From the human T2T-CHM13v2.0 reference genome, Homo sapiens: a stretch of DNA of 64,000 nucleotides. Shown here one piece after another: positions 13,547 through 26,850 of this stretch; within the stretch, counting starts at the first letter, position 1; the number at the start of each line of letters is the position of its first letter. The position numbers and the translations under genes are program-made. The notes beneath the pieces were generated by a model. It saw nothing but the letters and a program-made list of their open reading frames with translations. It was not told the origin of the DNA and did not search any database. The DNA is taken from the NCBI RefSeq assembly GCF_009914755.1, contig NC_060944.1. One strand, written 5' to 3'.

Positions 13547-13859
13547 TTATTTTTTCTTTTCTTTTCTTTTCTTTTTTCTGAGACAGAATGTTGCTCTGTC
13601 ACCCATGCTGGAGTGCAATGGCACAGTCTCGGCTGACTGCAACCTCCGCCTCCTGGGTTCAAGCAGTTCTCCTGCCTCAGCCTCCTGAGTAGCTGGGATT
13701 ACAGGCACCCGCCACCACACCCAGCTAATTTTTGTATTTTTAGTAGACAGGGGGTTTCACCATGTTGGCCAGGCTGGTCTCGAACTCCTGACCTCGTGAT
13801 CCACCCACCTTGGCCTCCCAAAGTTCTGGGATTACAGGGGTGAGCCACTGCGCCCAGCC
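13547..13859 (-). mobile_element. AluS (Sg-like)
   Basis: Full-length reverse Alu; TSD AGTGAATACAC. Confidence 0.95.
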
Positions 13860-13870
13860 AGTGAATACAC

Positions 13871-14180
<310 letters not shown>

Positions 14181-15329
14181 CAATGAATACACTTTTTAAG
14201 CATTTGGTTCATTATAAGTGATTTACATTTATCCTATGGACTAAATTCCATCTTTTACTCAAGATGGACCCAAGAACTAAGCATCAGATAGGTTTGGAAA
14301 TTGTAATTTTTTACAGCCTGTTGACTATATCTCTTCTGAAATGAAACAACATTATAAGAAAGTGATGGTTTGGTATTAATAAAATAATGTATTTGAAAAC
14401 ATTTGAAAAATTATGAAGTATACTTATGAATATAAGTATAAAGGATTATTACTATCATCATCATAATCATCATCATAATTATTGTAACCATCAGGGTACA
14501 GGAGCTGGCATACAGTGTTTGCCCTGTTGTGTGAGCTTTGAACTTTTTTGAGTTATGATTAGTATAGATTGGGCAACATAGAACTTCCAGCCTGGAACTT
14601 ATTAAGCTTACTAATGTAATATACCTGAAACAAGGTTCACAGTTCAAGCAATTATATTCCTTGAACAAACAGTGGGTATTCTGACAGGAGGGATGGGCAC
14701 TGTTGAGTTAACTTGGGGGAACTCAGGAAAGTGAAAACATTCTTGTGATTTCCTTTTGGAACCAACTGTGCTCTTCATGGGAGATGGAGAAAGGAGTTGA
14801 GTACAACCTTAGCCTAACCCACAATTCCAGCATTTAGGGCTTCACAACTCACCAGTAGGGAGGTGGTTTTCTACCAAACGAGACCAACATAAATTCTCAA
14901 GTTCTATTTCATTCTAAAAGGTCAGTGGCAACGATAATAGCTTACATCTTCCTTGGAGACAAGAGAGGTGGACAATTCCAATGTTATGTAGGTAAAGACA
15001 CACACCACTACCAGAGGAGAAAAGTTCCATGCTAGTCAGTTGTGATTCACTAATGATATGAAATAAAGAACAGATGGGGAAAAAAGGTTCTTTACTCAAA
15101 TGAAGTAAAAATTATGTTGACAGTAATCAGAAGTAATGAAAGACCAGAGGGAGAAGTACTTTTCTCTTAGCTTAAAAAGGAAATTTTAATTTCCACCTGT
15201 AATTCAAGAGTCAGGGAAACAACATCCTCTTGTCTCTTGTTTAGAGGCAAAGGGGACACTACCACATTCTTTCAGTATCATTTCCTTCAATCTTCATCTT
15301 CACCTTATCTTTCTGCTGGATTACGAACT

Positions 15330-15625
15330 CCTTTCCCAGGGCTTTCTCCCATTGGCATGTAAACATAGTCAAGTCTCCTTTATTAGAAAAAGATTAAAGA
15401 AAAAGGGAAGACTCTTTACCAATGCCATATTTTCTTCAGATATTGGTCTCTCCTTTCCTTTAGAGCCAATTTCCCTTTTTTCCCCCAAATTTACATATTT
15501 CTTGGAAGAAATATCTATAATCACTTTCTATACTTCCACAACTTTCAATATCTTCTTTTTAACTTACTGTCTTCTGTCCCCCTCTCTCCAATCTACTGAA
15601 ACTACTATTTCCAAGGTCAATTGCA
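15330..15625 (+). mobile_element. L2 fragment, probably continuing at ~19595
   Basis: TCTACTGAAACTACTATTTCCAAGGTCA resembles L2 ORF2. Confidence 0.5.
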
Positions 15626-15634
15626 TCACTATAT

Positions 15635-16375
15635 TAAGAGGAAAACCCTTTTTTAAAGTGGCTATACCTACTTATATGCCCACCAGCAATGGGTGATTCA
15701 TCCAGTCTCTTCATCCTCACCAGCATTTGGTGGTGTTACTATTTTTATTTCTGTTTTAGGCATCCTTATAGGTGTGTGGGAAGATCTCATTGTAGTTTTC
15801 CTTGCATTTCCATAATAGCTCCTGTTGTAGAACACCTTTTTATGGGTTATTTGCCCTCAGTGTATCCTCTTTTTGACATTTTTTTAAAATTTGATTTTTC
15901 CATAAGTTATTGGGGTACAGGTGGTATTTGGTTACATGAGTAAGTTCTTTAGTGGTGATTTGTGAGATTTTGGTGCACCCATAATCTGAGCAGTATACAC
16001 TGCATTTTATTTCATCCCTTCTCCTCCTCACTCTCCTCCACAAGTCCCCAAAGTCTGTTGCATCATTCTTAAGCCTTTGTGTCCTCATAGCTTAGCTCCC
16101 ACAATGTGATACCACCTTAATCCTGCAAGAATGGCCATAATCAAAACATATCCTCTTTATTAAACTGTCTTTTCATGTATTTGCTCATTTTCTATTTGCA
16201 TTGTTTTTTTACTCGAGATTTGAGAGTTTTGGATATATTCTAGATGCTAAAATGTCACACATACGATTTGCAAATATTTCCTCTCAGTCATTTATAGATG
16301 ACTTAAAGATGTTTTAAATTTTGACAAAATGCGATTTATTATTTTTTCATTTTATGATTGTCAAGTCTTTACCTT
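15635..16375 (-). mobile_element. L1M fragment hosting an L1PB insertion
   Basis: CCCACCAGCAATG..CATCCTCACCAGCATTTGG; resumes at ~16150. Confidence 0.7.
15873..16146 (-). mobile_element. L1PB 3' end with a 5' inversion
   Basis: TTTGGTTACATGAGTAAGTTCTTTAGTGGTGATTTGTGAGATTTTGGTGCACCC (minus), then plus-strand ACAATGTGATACCACCTTAATCCTGCAAGAATGGCCATAATC; TSD TATCCTCTTT. Confidence 0.85.
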
Positions 16376-16379
16376 TTTT

Positions 16380-18700
16380 TTACATTGCTCTCTTTTCTTT
16401 TTCCTTCGTTTCTATGAGTTACTGGTACATTTAAGTTTTAGAATTCCTGTTTGATTTATTTATAGTATTTTTCAGTGTATCTCTTTATGTACAGCTTTTT
16501 TCATGGTTGCTCTAGGTATCGCATTCTATATACACAGCTTATCACAATCGAATCATCTTACTTTACCAGTTCAGGTGGAGCACACAAACCTTACCTGCCT
16601 TCATGCCCCTTTACCTTTCCCATTTATAATATAATTCTCATAATCATTTTCTCTATACACATTTAGAAGCACATCAGACAATGCTAGAATTTGTGCATTC
16701 ATTATCAAATATAATTTAGAAAATTCTACAGGAGAAGTAAGGTCTATTCTATAACCCTTATTTTGCTTATCATGTTCTTTCTTCTTCATATTCCAAGTTT
16801 CTTTTATCGTTTCCTCTCTGATAACTTCCTTTAGCTATTCTTTTAGGGAAGAGCTGCTGGTGGCAGGTTTTCTTAGTTTTTCTTCATCTGAGAATGTTAT
16901 GATTTCCCTTCAATTCCTGAAAGATACTTTCCCTGGATAAAGGATTCTCTGTTGTCAGATCTTTTCTCTCAACACTTGAAAAATATTGTGTCACTTCCCC
17001 TGGCCTTCATGATTTCTCATGAGAAATCTACAGTCATTTGAATTGTCTTCACCTACACATAAAGTACATTTTTCTTTTACTGCTTTTAAGATTTGTTCTT
17101 TGTCTTTGGTTTTCAGAAATTTGACTATGGTATGTCTTGGTATGGATTTCTTTGGTTTTAATCTTATCTGGAGTTCACTTAGCTGTTGGAAACTTTAGGT
17201 TTGTATCTTTCACCAAATTTGGAAATTTTTTAGACATTATTTCTTCAAGTACTTTTGCAGCTCCACCGTTTTCCTCTTCTTCTGGGACTCAAATGACCTA
17301 AAAGTGAAATGTTTGGTTTTGATTCCTCAGATGCCCAAAGCTGCTGCTTCTTCTGTCTATTTACTGTCTGTTGTTCAGATTGAGTAATGTCTATTGTTCT
17401 TTTGTTAAGTTTACTAATTCTTTCATGTTTTTCTCCCCCGATGTTGCGTATATTTTCTGAGTTTTAAAAAATGTTTGGTTATTACGTTTTTAATTCAAAC
17501 ATTTTCACTTGGTTTTTCTTTATATATCTAGTTCTTTGCTTAGGCATTTTATGTCTTTGAGGAAACTTTCTATTTAAAAAAATGTTTCTAGTATGTTAGC
17601 GGTTGCTCATTGAAGCATTCTTATGATGACTAATATCTTTGTGAGATAATTCTAACATCTTTTTCATCTTGGTTTTGGCACTTATTGCCCCTTTCTATTC
17701 ACATTTTGATTATCCTGCTTCTGAGAATGATGGGTGTTTTCAGTTGAAACCTGGCCATTTGGGGAATGTTGTGAAACTCTCAATCTAAATTAACTGTCTC
17801 ATTTTAGCTTGCTTCCTCTGCCACTTCTTTGGCAGGCAAAAAAGGGAAGCTACCTCATTACTGCCAGGTAGAGGCAAGAGTCCGGTTTCCCCACTCAGCC
17901 TTCACTGATAACTAAGCTGGACCAGGATGGGGTTCTGGCTCCCCACTAGCCCTCTACAGATACATCCTTGGCTTGGTACAGAAGGTGTGCCATGTGAATG
18001 ATCCCCAGTGGTCTCCAGTGGTACCCCTGAATGCAGATGGTCTCCTTGCTGTCACCAGTAGTGAAAATTTTGACATTCTAGTAGGCCTCTGACAGTGTCC
18101 AGCCAAGTGAATATGGGGTGCCTCATTATTTTCAGGTGGAGATGGAAGTCCAGGCCCCCCACATAGTCTCCACTGACACTGCAGGAAGAAGAGGGATGAA
18201 AATTCTGGCCTCCCACTTGGTCTTCTTTGACATCACCATGGTGGGGTATTCCGGTACCTTATTACAACCTGTTGAGTGGGAAAGTCTGGGCTCCCCACCT
18301 GGCCTTCGCTGCTGAGTGGGAGTGAAGACAGAGTTTTTTTCCGTGGTATTTGGCTGGAGTAGAGAAATTATTATCTAAAAGTTTTCTGTCTTGTTTGGCT
18401 GCTCCTACCACCATCCTTTGGCCAGAGACAGCAGGCTTTGGTTGGGACTTTTCTTGCCTGTGTCTTTGCTATTTTGGGATTTGCAGTTTCTTCAGCAACA
18501 AGTCTGTTGCATATGAGTCAAAAAGAAAACTTAGGGAACTCACCGCCTTGTTTTCTCTTGGGTGCCAAGATCCCTAGTTTGTCTGCCTTCTCTCTACCAT
18601 TCATAGTTTTACTACTTTGTTTTATTTATAATGTCCATCATTTTTAGTTTTAATTAATGCAGGAAAATGGACTTTGTCTTCCTAAAAGTGGGTTTCTTTA
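16380..18700 (-). mobile_element. Old L1M (L1MC/MD-like) ORF1 and 5' UTR region
   Basis: TCATCTGAGAATG..., TTTGACTATGGTATGTCTTGG, repeated GGAAGTCCAGGCCCCCCAC-type 5' UTR motifs. Confidence 0.7.
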
Positions 18701-18739
18701 CAAATAGATAAAATTTTACTCTGGCTTTTCATCAGAGTG

Positions 18740-19050
18740 CATCTTATTTCTTTTTCTTGACTAATATTCCTGACTAGAATATCTAGTTCACCTTTAAATA
18801 GAAATGATGAAGGCAGATATCTTTGTCTTATTCCTGGTCATAGAGAAAAATCATCCACCCTTTTGATATTAAGTATGTTAGCTGTGGGTTTTGTGGATAC
18901 TCTTTATCCACTTGTAAAGGGTTATTTTTATTTCTCATTTGATGAGTGTTTTTATTATACAAAGACGTTGGATTTTGTCAAATGCCTTTTCTGCAGCTAT
19001 GGAAATGGTCATGTCGACATCTGTCCTTTATTCTACTAATATGATATATT
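18740..19050 (-). mobile_element. L1M ORF2 fragment
   Basis: GTTGGATTTTGTCAAATGCCTTTTCTGCA. Confidence 0.75.
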
Positions 19051-19054
19051 ATAA

Positions 19055-19592
19055 TCATGGTTATGGTTTGTTACAGCAAGAAGACAAAGATTAAAATCAA
19101 CCAAGAAAAGGTACAAAGGACTAAGTGCAAGAGAAACCAGACACAAACGTCCAGCCATGCTCTCCCAGTGGAATCACACAGACAATGCCTAATCCTCCTA
19201 GCAGTGATGTGTGCAGTGCTGCCAGCCAGGGAAGCTCGCCTGAACTTTAATGTCAGAGTTTTATTGGAGATTAGTCACATAGGAATGGAGGACCCATGTG
19301 ACTGACCTTAGCTACTCAGCCTCCAACTCCTCTCTATATCCTGCCACAGGTCAAGGAAATACAACATTATTCAAAGGCACTGACACACGAAAATAGGGGT
19401 TCACCGTAAATCATACTGTTAGCACCAACCATCTGGTGTGACCCAAAGTCTCAGATACACAAATACACTCTTAACAGGCAGGATATTCCCAGGGCTCAGA
19501 GGCAACCTCCTAGAAGCCAGTTTGGAGTCAATCCTTTATTTAGAATGTGTAGGGTTTGAAAGCACCTGCCTGCTATGTTAACCCTTCATGGT
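19055..19592 (-). mobile_element. MER77/MER21-family LTR
   Basis: GGTTATGGTTTGTTACAGC..GATTAAAATCA; GCCAGCCAGGGAAGCTC; CAGGCAGGATATTCCCAGGGCTCAGAGG. Confidence 0.7.
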
Positions 19593-19594
19593 AT

Positions 19595-20830
19595 AGGTAT
19601 CACTCCCTTCTTGGAAACACTATCTTTCCTTAGATGCTGTGATATTCTTTTCTTTTTTTAAAATCACTTCTGAATACTCCCTATCACCCTTTAAATCACA
19701 ACCCTTAAATTTTGATATTTCTCTGGGTTTTGTACCAGGTCCTCGTCTGTTCTCATTTTATAAAATCCCAGGACTTGGCAGGATAATTTTCTTCCATTTA
19801 TTCAAGTGTTGTCTATATGCTAATGATATCCAGTCACTTATATCTCTGACCAACATATTAAACCACCCATCAGCATATCCACCAGCATGTTTAACATTCA
19901 CCTTCCCAGGTATCTAAAACTCACCATATTCTAAAGTGAACTCATTAGCATTCCTCTAAAATCTTGCTCCTTTATGTTAGTGAATAATACCTATAATCAC
20001 TGAGCTATTTAAACCAGAAATCTTGATGTCACCCTTGAAATAAACTCTCTCCTTCACCCACATATCTAATGTCTTGTATAATGCAGTTGATGGATTTCTT
20101 TCCATGTCTTCAATTCCCACTCCCACATCCTGATTACAGACACCACAATCCTTTGGAAGGAAGATTGCCAGCAACCAGTCATCCTTACTGGAATGTAGGT
20201 AAGAATGACTAGAGTAACATGAAGCCAAACCACCAAAATGCGTTCAGAGCAATCTTTCCAAAAAGCAAGCCTAACAATGTTACCTCCTACTCTTAACCCC
20301 CACCTTAGTTTAACAATCTTCCAGTGGCTCCAGTTTCCTTGAGATGAATTCCAAACTTCAGACTCAACATGGCACTATGTGTCACAGTTGGACCCTTCTT
20401 ATCTCTTCAACTTGATTTCTTCTCACTTTCTGCAGATATTCTACATACTTTAAGCAATGGAAGAGCTTCTTTCAGTTGCTTTATTCGGCCTTTTCACATG
20501 TCAATCATCCTTCTAAAAAACTGTTTCCTGCCCAGCAGCCATTCCGGTGATTAACTCCTATGGATTTTTCAAGTCTTGATCTTTACCGCCTTTAGGAATA
20601 CTTTCCTGACATTCCTTCAAACCTGGGTTTGGAGCCTACCCTGGGCATTGACCTGGTACCTGCTACCTCTCTTATCAAAGTACGGATAGATTATATGTTA
20701 TTTTTTCTTGGTTTATCTTTATCCCTCATTTGACTAGCAGTTCTAAGGTCTTCTCTGCTATTATACCCTATGTCCAGAAATACTCCTGAAAAATATCAAT
20801 GCCACATAAATATTTGCTGAGTAACTGCTT
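19595..20830 (+). mobile_element. L2 (ORF2 3' part to terminus)
   Basis: CTATATGCTAATGATATCCAG (degenerate YADD region), AAACCAGAAATCTTGATGTCACCCTTGA, terminal ATAAATATTTGCTGAGT. Confidence 0.8.
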
Positions 20831-21359
20831 TCTTTTATTTTTACATTAAGAAAGTTGTATATGATCTTTGGAGTAAATAGACTTTAAGACAAGGGCTGGG
20901 GTTGGTGTGAATCAGAGAATTACAGACCATAAATATATTAGAATTTTTGAAGACATTTTCCCCATTACAATATGAGTGTCTTGAGAGAGTCCTTGTGACA
21001 GTGACTATAATGCCCCAGTATAACCTTGTATGACCTGCCTCCTGGCCAAAAATTTCACTCCTGTGTCCTATACATGGAAGACACTCTATAAATGCTGCTT
21101 TAATTGAATTTAATTATTTGAATTTTATATCTACTCAATTGTATGCTATGATATACCCTTTGCAAATGTAGCTCAAATCACTGACAATAAAGGTGACTTT
21201 AGCCACTGGACTCAGACTTCAGTATTCATGGAGAGAATGCCAGACTGAGGAGCATAATTCAGACAGGACGTATTTTAGATCAGAACAGGGTACAGTATAT
21301 TTGACTTTTTAGTTGCTGCTGGAGACCCTCTCTTCTGAAAGAAAACAGGGATCCTTGAT

Positions 21360-21816
21360 AGAGCCAGGATTAAGGTAAGGCAAGTGAGTGTTCACTCTGC
21401 AGCACAAAATTTCAGGAGCACCAAATACTCAGTAATCCAGATAAATAATACTTAATGAAATCATTTTTAAAAATCAAAATTAATGCAAAAATTTATGATG
21501 AACAAGCTACATATTTAAAATAAAGACAAACGATTTCATGAGCTGCCATTATCGTCTTGTCGCAGCCTGCAGTTGGTTCCTGGGCCTGCATTCACCATCA
21601 CATCCCCCACTGGTGGGCTCTTGGGAATTGACAATGGCGTGGGAACAGATCAGGCAACACAGAGCTTTGTATGTCATCGTGGTTTTTTCTTATTGTTGTA
21701 CAGCTTTCATTAACTTTTTTTACTTGCTTTGAAATATGGGAGGATATTTGATAACTGTATGAAAAAGTACACATTTTTCCTTTGTCTCAGGCTCCAACAG
21801 GGTTATGGAGTCACTG
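21360..21816. mobile_element. MER96B-like hAT-Tip100 element
   Basis: TAAGGTAAGGCAAGTGAG...CTCAGTAATCCAGATAAATAATA...AAATCAAAATTAATGCAAAA; end TTTGTCTCAGGCTCCAA...CACTG. Confidence 0.6.
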
Positions 21817-22879
21817 TCTTTGGAAATATCCATTAGACATTATATAATGAGAAGCAAAAGACAAAACACAGCCAGTCCGTCTGAACTTCATGGAAGGGGG
21901 TTCTAACCAAGGTCAGAATCAAGTCTGAGAATAACGCGTGGGTACACACCTTCTTTGTCAGCTTCATCCACGGAAAAACCTGTAAAGCTAAGCAAAGTTG
22001 ATTGCCTAAAGCAGCCACTTTTTCTAAAAGCAAAGGAAATGGCAGTAAAATTTTTCTTTTGCATGCTGCTCTCCCCACATCACTGCCCAGCAGATGTCAT
22101 TGAAGTAGAGGAGGTTGGGATGATTTTAAAATTTTCATTGTGCACATTTTTAGATGTTAGTTTTTAAGGTATAAATAATAACACCTCTGTGTCTACCAGA
22201 CTTCTAAAATAAATTATTGTCCTTCCCGTTGAAGTCTCTGTGTTCACGAATCACTTCTTTCTCTCTGCCTTGACACACTGAGAGATATTCACTGGATTTG
22301 TTTTCATTATTAGACTTTTCCTAATGAGAAGTAAGCTTCCTCAGCAATACATGAAATAGTTTTGCATATTTTAATATGTATACATGGCATAATCTGTACA
22401 TACTCTTCTTCAACTTGCAGTTTTTTCATTTGACATTTTGAAAAATATACTATTAATACATGAAGCTTTGGGTCACTTATTTCTAATTTCTGTATACTAT
22501 TCCAATGTGTGAATACTCCCAACTTAATTTATCCATTCTCCTATTGATGGGCTTTTAATTTTTTGATATCTTTTCTATGCTGCAAATGCTGCTACAGACA
22601 TTTTTGAATTTTTTTTAATTCAGGATCAACAACTCAGAAGACAATTGCTGAGTTGTGAATATTCATGTCAGCTTTACTAAATATTACTTAACTGACTTCC
22701 AAAGTATTTGTACCAATTTACACCCCTACCAGCAGCGTATACGAATTTCCCAGTGTAATATCCTTGCCTATAGATGGTATTTGGACTGTTAAAGGTTTTT
22801 TGCTCATTAGTAGGATATAAAGTGGGTTTTCACTTCAATTTTAATGTGCATGTCTCCAATTACAATAAAATTAACCCAG

Positions 22880-23133
22880 CTTTTTAAATAATTTCAACTT
22901 TAGTTTTAGATTTAGGCGGCATATGTGTGGATTTGTTACATCCGTATATTGAGTGATGCTGAGGTTTGGAGTATGATTAATCCCATCACCCAGGTGGTGA
23001 TCATAGTACTCAGTAGTTAGTTTTCAACTCTTACCCTCCTCTTTCTCACCCCTCTAGTATTCCCCAGTGTCTGTTTTTCCCATCTTTGTGTCCACGAGTA
23101 GTTGATCTTTTGCTCCCACTTATAAGTGAGAGC
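22880..23133 (-). mobile_element. L1PA15-17 3' end
   Basis: TTTGTTACATCCGTATATTGAGTGATGCTGAGGTTTGG...GCTCCCACTTATAAGTGAGA. Confidence 0.85.
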
Positions 23134-23575
23134 AAACTTTTAAACTTTTAAGACATATTTTGATAAACAGAATATTTTAATTTTAGTGTAGTCAATTTAA
23201 TATATGATATATAAGATATGGTTTGTGTTTTATCGCATTTTACATTAAAAATTCTTCTCTGCCTCCAAATCACAAATATAGTTCCATATATTTCCTTGTA
23301 AGATGAAGTTCAATTCCTCTATGTCTGTTTATTCAACTTTATTTTTTAAATGATAACTAATGTTCTAAATACCATTGAGTGCAATTACAGTTCAGTATCA
23401 GACATTGAACTTCAAAATATGTCTGGATATTTTCCTGGGCTCCGTTTTCTATTCAATTAATCTTTTATCTCTTTCCAAGCCAGTACTGCACTCATAGTTC
23501 TTGTAGCTGGATTCAGGAAAAAAAAATCACTTTGTCTTATTAATCTGAATGGTCTTGGCTACTTTGATAATTTGG

Positions 23576-24026
23576 TGTCTTAGTTTGTTTTGTGTTGCCA
23601 TAACACAGTACCTGAGGCTGGATAATTTATAGAGAAATGAGGCTAATTTGGTTTATGATTCTGGTGGCCAGAACATACCTGTCTGAGTTGTTGCTTCTGG
23701 TGAGGGACTTATGCTGCTTCCAATCTTGGTGGAAAAAGGAATGGGAACAGGTGTGTGCAAAGAGATTACATGGCCAGAGAGGGAAAAAAAAGAGAAACCA
23801 AGGAAGTTAGGCTCTTTTAACAATCCACTCTCAAAGAAATAAGTCATTCCTGAGAGAGCAAGAACTCACTCACTCCCAGGGAAGGCATTAATCCGTTTAT
23901 GAAGGATCCACCCCCACAACCCAAACCCCTCCCACTAGACTCCACTTCCCAACTCAACTCCGCCACATTGGGGATGCAATTTCAACATGAGTTTTGGCAG
24001 GGACAAATCACATCCAAACCATAGCA
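23576..24026 (-). mobile_element. MSTB/C-type MaLR solo LTR
   Basis: TGTCTTAGTTTGTTTTGTGTTGCCATAAC...ATCCAAACCATAGCA; perfect TSD TTTGG. Confidence 0.9.
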
Positions 24027-24559
24027 TTTGGTTTTCCGTATGACCCCTATAATTCCTAGAGTCAGTCTGTCAAATTATAAGAACAATGCTATAGAGACTT
24101 TTACTAAAATTGCATTAAAATTTGTTTAACTTGGAGACATCTAACATCTTTATGCTAATGATTTTTCTCTATCCATATATATGTTATATCTTACCATTTA
24201 TTTAGGTCTTCTACCTGATTTGTTCATAACAATTTGAAATTTTACATATATTAGACATAAATTCTTTTCTTAGATTTTTTTCTCACATATTCATAATTTT
24301 ACTTGCTATTTTGAATGTTTTCTTTTTAAATTTTATTTTTGGCCATTGCTAGTGCATAGGATTTTTTTTACAGAGATCTCATACGCAGTAACCTTGTCAA
24401 ACTCATATATCTTTACTTACTATAAACATATCTAAGTTTCCTGCCCTTTCACTTGTAATTCTCTATTATCTATTTATAGCATAATGGTGGAAAAGATTAG
24501 TTTTAGAAAAAGAATGGAGCAATAAGAAACAGAGGATAGGGCCAAGACTCTATTTTGAC

Positions 24560-24760
24560 ATGTGAATGCAGTGTGGCCTGGAGAAAATTATACATTTTTT
24601 TCTGGATTATAATTTTAAAATTTTTTAGTTATCTCATCTGTACCTCAAATATGTTAAATAGTATCCATGATTTGTTGTGTGAGCAGGAAATAAGCTAACA
24701 AATACAAAATACTTAGCACTTAATAACGGCTTCATAAATGTTAACTGCTATTGTTATTAT
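24560..24760 (+). mobile_element. MIR
   Basis: GTTGTGTGAGCAGGAAATAAGCTAACAAATACAAAATACTTAGCAC..ATAAATGTTAACTGCTATT. Confidence 0.55.
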
Positions 24761-24867
24761 TGTGTTATTAATTCTTATTTCTAGCAGATGTCCCAGTCAA
24801 TTTACAAGTGCAAACATTTGTAACATATCTTGAAACTGGGGACATTAAGTGCCAGCTTAATCTATGT

Positions 24868-25078
24868 CAGAGTTTCTCAATCTTGGTATCATTAACGTTC
24901 TGGGCGAGGTAATTCTTTATGGTTGAGAGAGGGGTATCCTGTGCATTGTATGTTTAGCAGCACAACTGGCCTTTACCCACTAAATGCCAGCAGCACTTCA
25001 TCTTCCTCCTTTACCACGGTGATATCAACCCAAATCTCAAGACCTTGCCAAATGTCTCTTGGGGAACAAAAGACACTG
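24868..25078. mobile_element. MER20 (hAT-Charlie)
   Basis: CAGAGTTTCTCAA...TCCTGTGCATTGTATGTTTAGCAGCA...TACCCACTAAATGCCAGCAGCAC. Confidence 0.88.
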
Positions 25079-25518
25079 GTCTACGTAAATATCCTGTCTC
25101 TCTGTTGCTGTCTCTCTCCCCACCAGCCCCATAAATACCCCAAACTACACATAGTACATTTCTCTATAATATCCTTGAATCTCCTCCATCCAGTCTTGCC
25201 TCCCTATGCCCTTCTCTCATCTTGAAGGGCAGTAGTTCAGTAGTACCTTTTGGCAGGAAGCCAGGAACTGCAAAGCTCTGGCCAGTAGGAGAATGTCTGA
25301 CCCTTATGTTTAAATCCACATTAGCACCGCAGGCCCCGTGAGAGAGTAAATGGGAGGAGAGGCTGTCTTCTTTCAGAGCTAGCTGGTAGGTGGTCTGTTT
25401 GCCTTTGTTCCAGCCCTATGCAGTTCTCTCCTGTGTTTCAAACCACAGCCTGCTGGGCTTTGTAAATGTAGCAGTCTTTGGTAGAAGATCTGATCTTTCA
25501 AATTATGGAACCTGGGCT

Positions 25519-25549
<31 letters not shown>

Positions 25550-26384
25550 CTTCAACATAGCAAATCAGATTGTACTTTGAGATGAATAATGAGGAGTCCA
25601 AGGAAAGGGTTTCAGAATCCTGAAAGGAGCAATTAAAAATAATGAGTATTGAGAATAAAGCATTATTCTCAAAGAGGAAACATAAGAGCCAGTCAGAACA
25701 CTTCAGCTGTGCTTGGGGTATGTTTAGCCACTTTAAACAGCATAAAACACTAAAATGCTTTACCTTGATGAAATGTATGTGCAGCAAAAAGGAGCAGAGA
25801 TTCTTACTTTTTCCTCTAGGTTGCGTTACTACTGTGTATGCTGTATGCTTAGCCGCAAACTCCAATTGCTGAGTAATAATTGATGAGTGCTTACTTCTTA
25901 AATCAAATGACCCCTCCAGCCTCTTTTCCACCTGGCCTGGTGGTGCAGGTGCATCTGGTGCTCACATGCCCCTGTTGCTGAGTCAACTACCCAGAGCCTC
26001 TCGTCAACATTGCTGCCACCCTTGGGAAGGTCAGCAATGATTGGCAATGCTCATGTAACAAAGGCACATTGCCTCTTCCCATGACACTTTTACTCTTTGC
26101 ACTGCAATTTCCAGTTTTTCAAAAATTTTCCCTTGCTTGCATTCCTCTATCTTCTATCTCTACCCTGAGCTTTTTCATAGCGGATTCGGAGACCACAAAG
26201 ATCTCTTCTCAGGAGAAACTCTGTGGAGGTAGGCACCTCTAACCCTGTTTATTTGGTTTTGCTCTGAAATAATTCCTTCTAAATAAATTATTTACATTTC
26301 TTTTTGCTACTTCCCACCTTTTCTCAATATACATTCCAGCACGACTTTCTTCCCAACATTATCCAAACATTGGGACATCAACAT

Positions 26385-26850
26385 TTACTGAGAAAAACTT
26401 TCAGAGAAGAATTGCACCCGATAAGTTAAACAGGCAAGGAAGATTTATTCAAGACTATTGCAATATGGAAGAGAGATTGAACTCAACACCACTGAAGCAA
26501 AAGGTGGGAGAGTTTTTAAGCATTGAGGTGAACTATGGGGAAAGCACTGTGGGGCCTCAGGGCCAAGGATGATCAAAATCATTAGGCTATGTGTTTTTGC
26601 TAATTGGCACTTATCTAAGTTAGGATCCTGCCCTCCCAGAGAGAGGAGGAGGAGATAGGGTCTTCATCTTTTGTAATGATAGCATTTCCAAGAAATGACT
26701 CCCAAGCCCTTGAGAAAGGGATTTCTGGGTTGTAAAAATGGCAAGAGGCTGAAAGATGATTTACATCTCAAAAAGACAGAGAAAAAATGTACAGTTGCAA
26801 GTTCTTTTTTTTAATCCAATGCTTCAAGTAAAGGAAAGTCATAGATATAG
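26385..26850 (-). mobile_element. ERV1-class LTR (MER89/MER90-like)
   Basis: AGTTAAACAGGCAAGGAAGATTTATTCAAGACTATTGCAA; CTCCCAAGCCCTTGAGAAAG; TTTACATCTCAAAAG. Confidence 0.6.

Larger units (their letters stand above)
22300..24420 (-). mobile_element. L1ME-type fragments hosting L1PA16-like and MST insertions
   Basis: TTATCCATTCTCCTATTGATGG; TGTACCAATTTACACCCCTACCAGCAG. Confidence 0.6.

Noticed and set aside
17800-18330. Recurring GGAAGTCCAGG/CCCCAC motifs resembling a spaced array
   Set aside because: Consistent with internal repeats of an old L1M 5' UTR; not CRISPR-like
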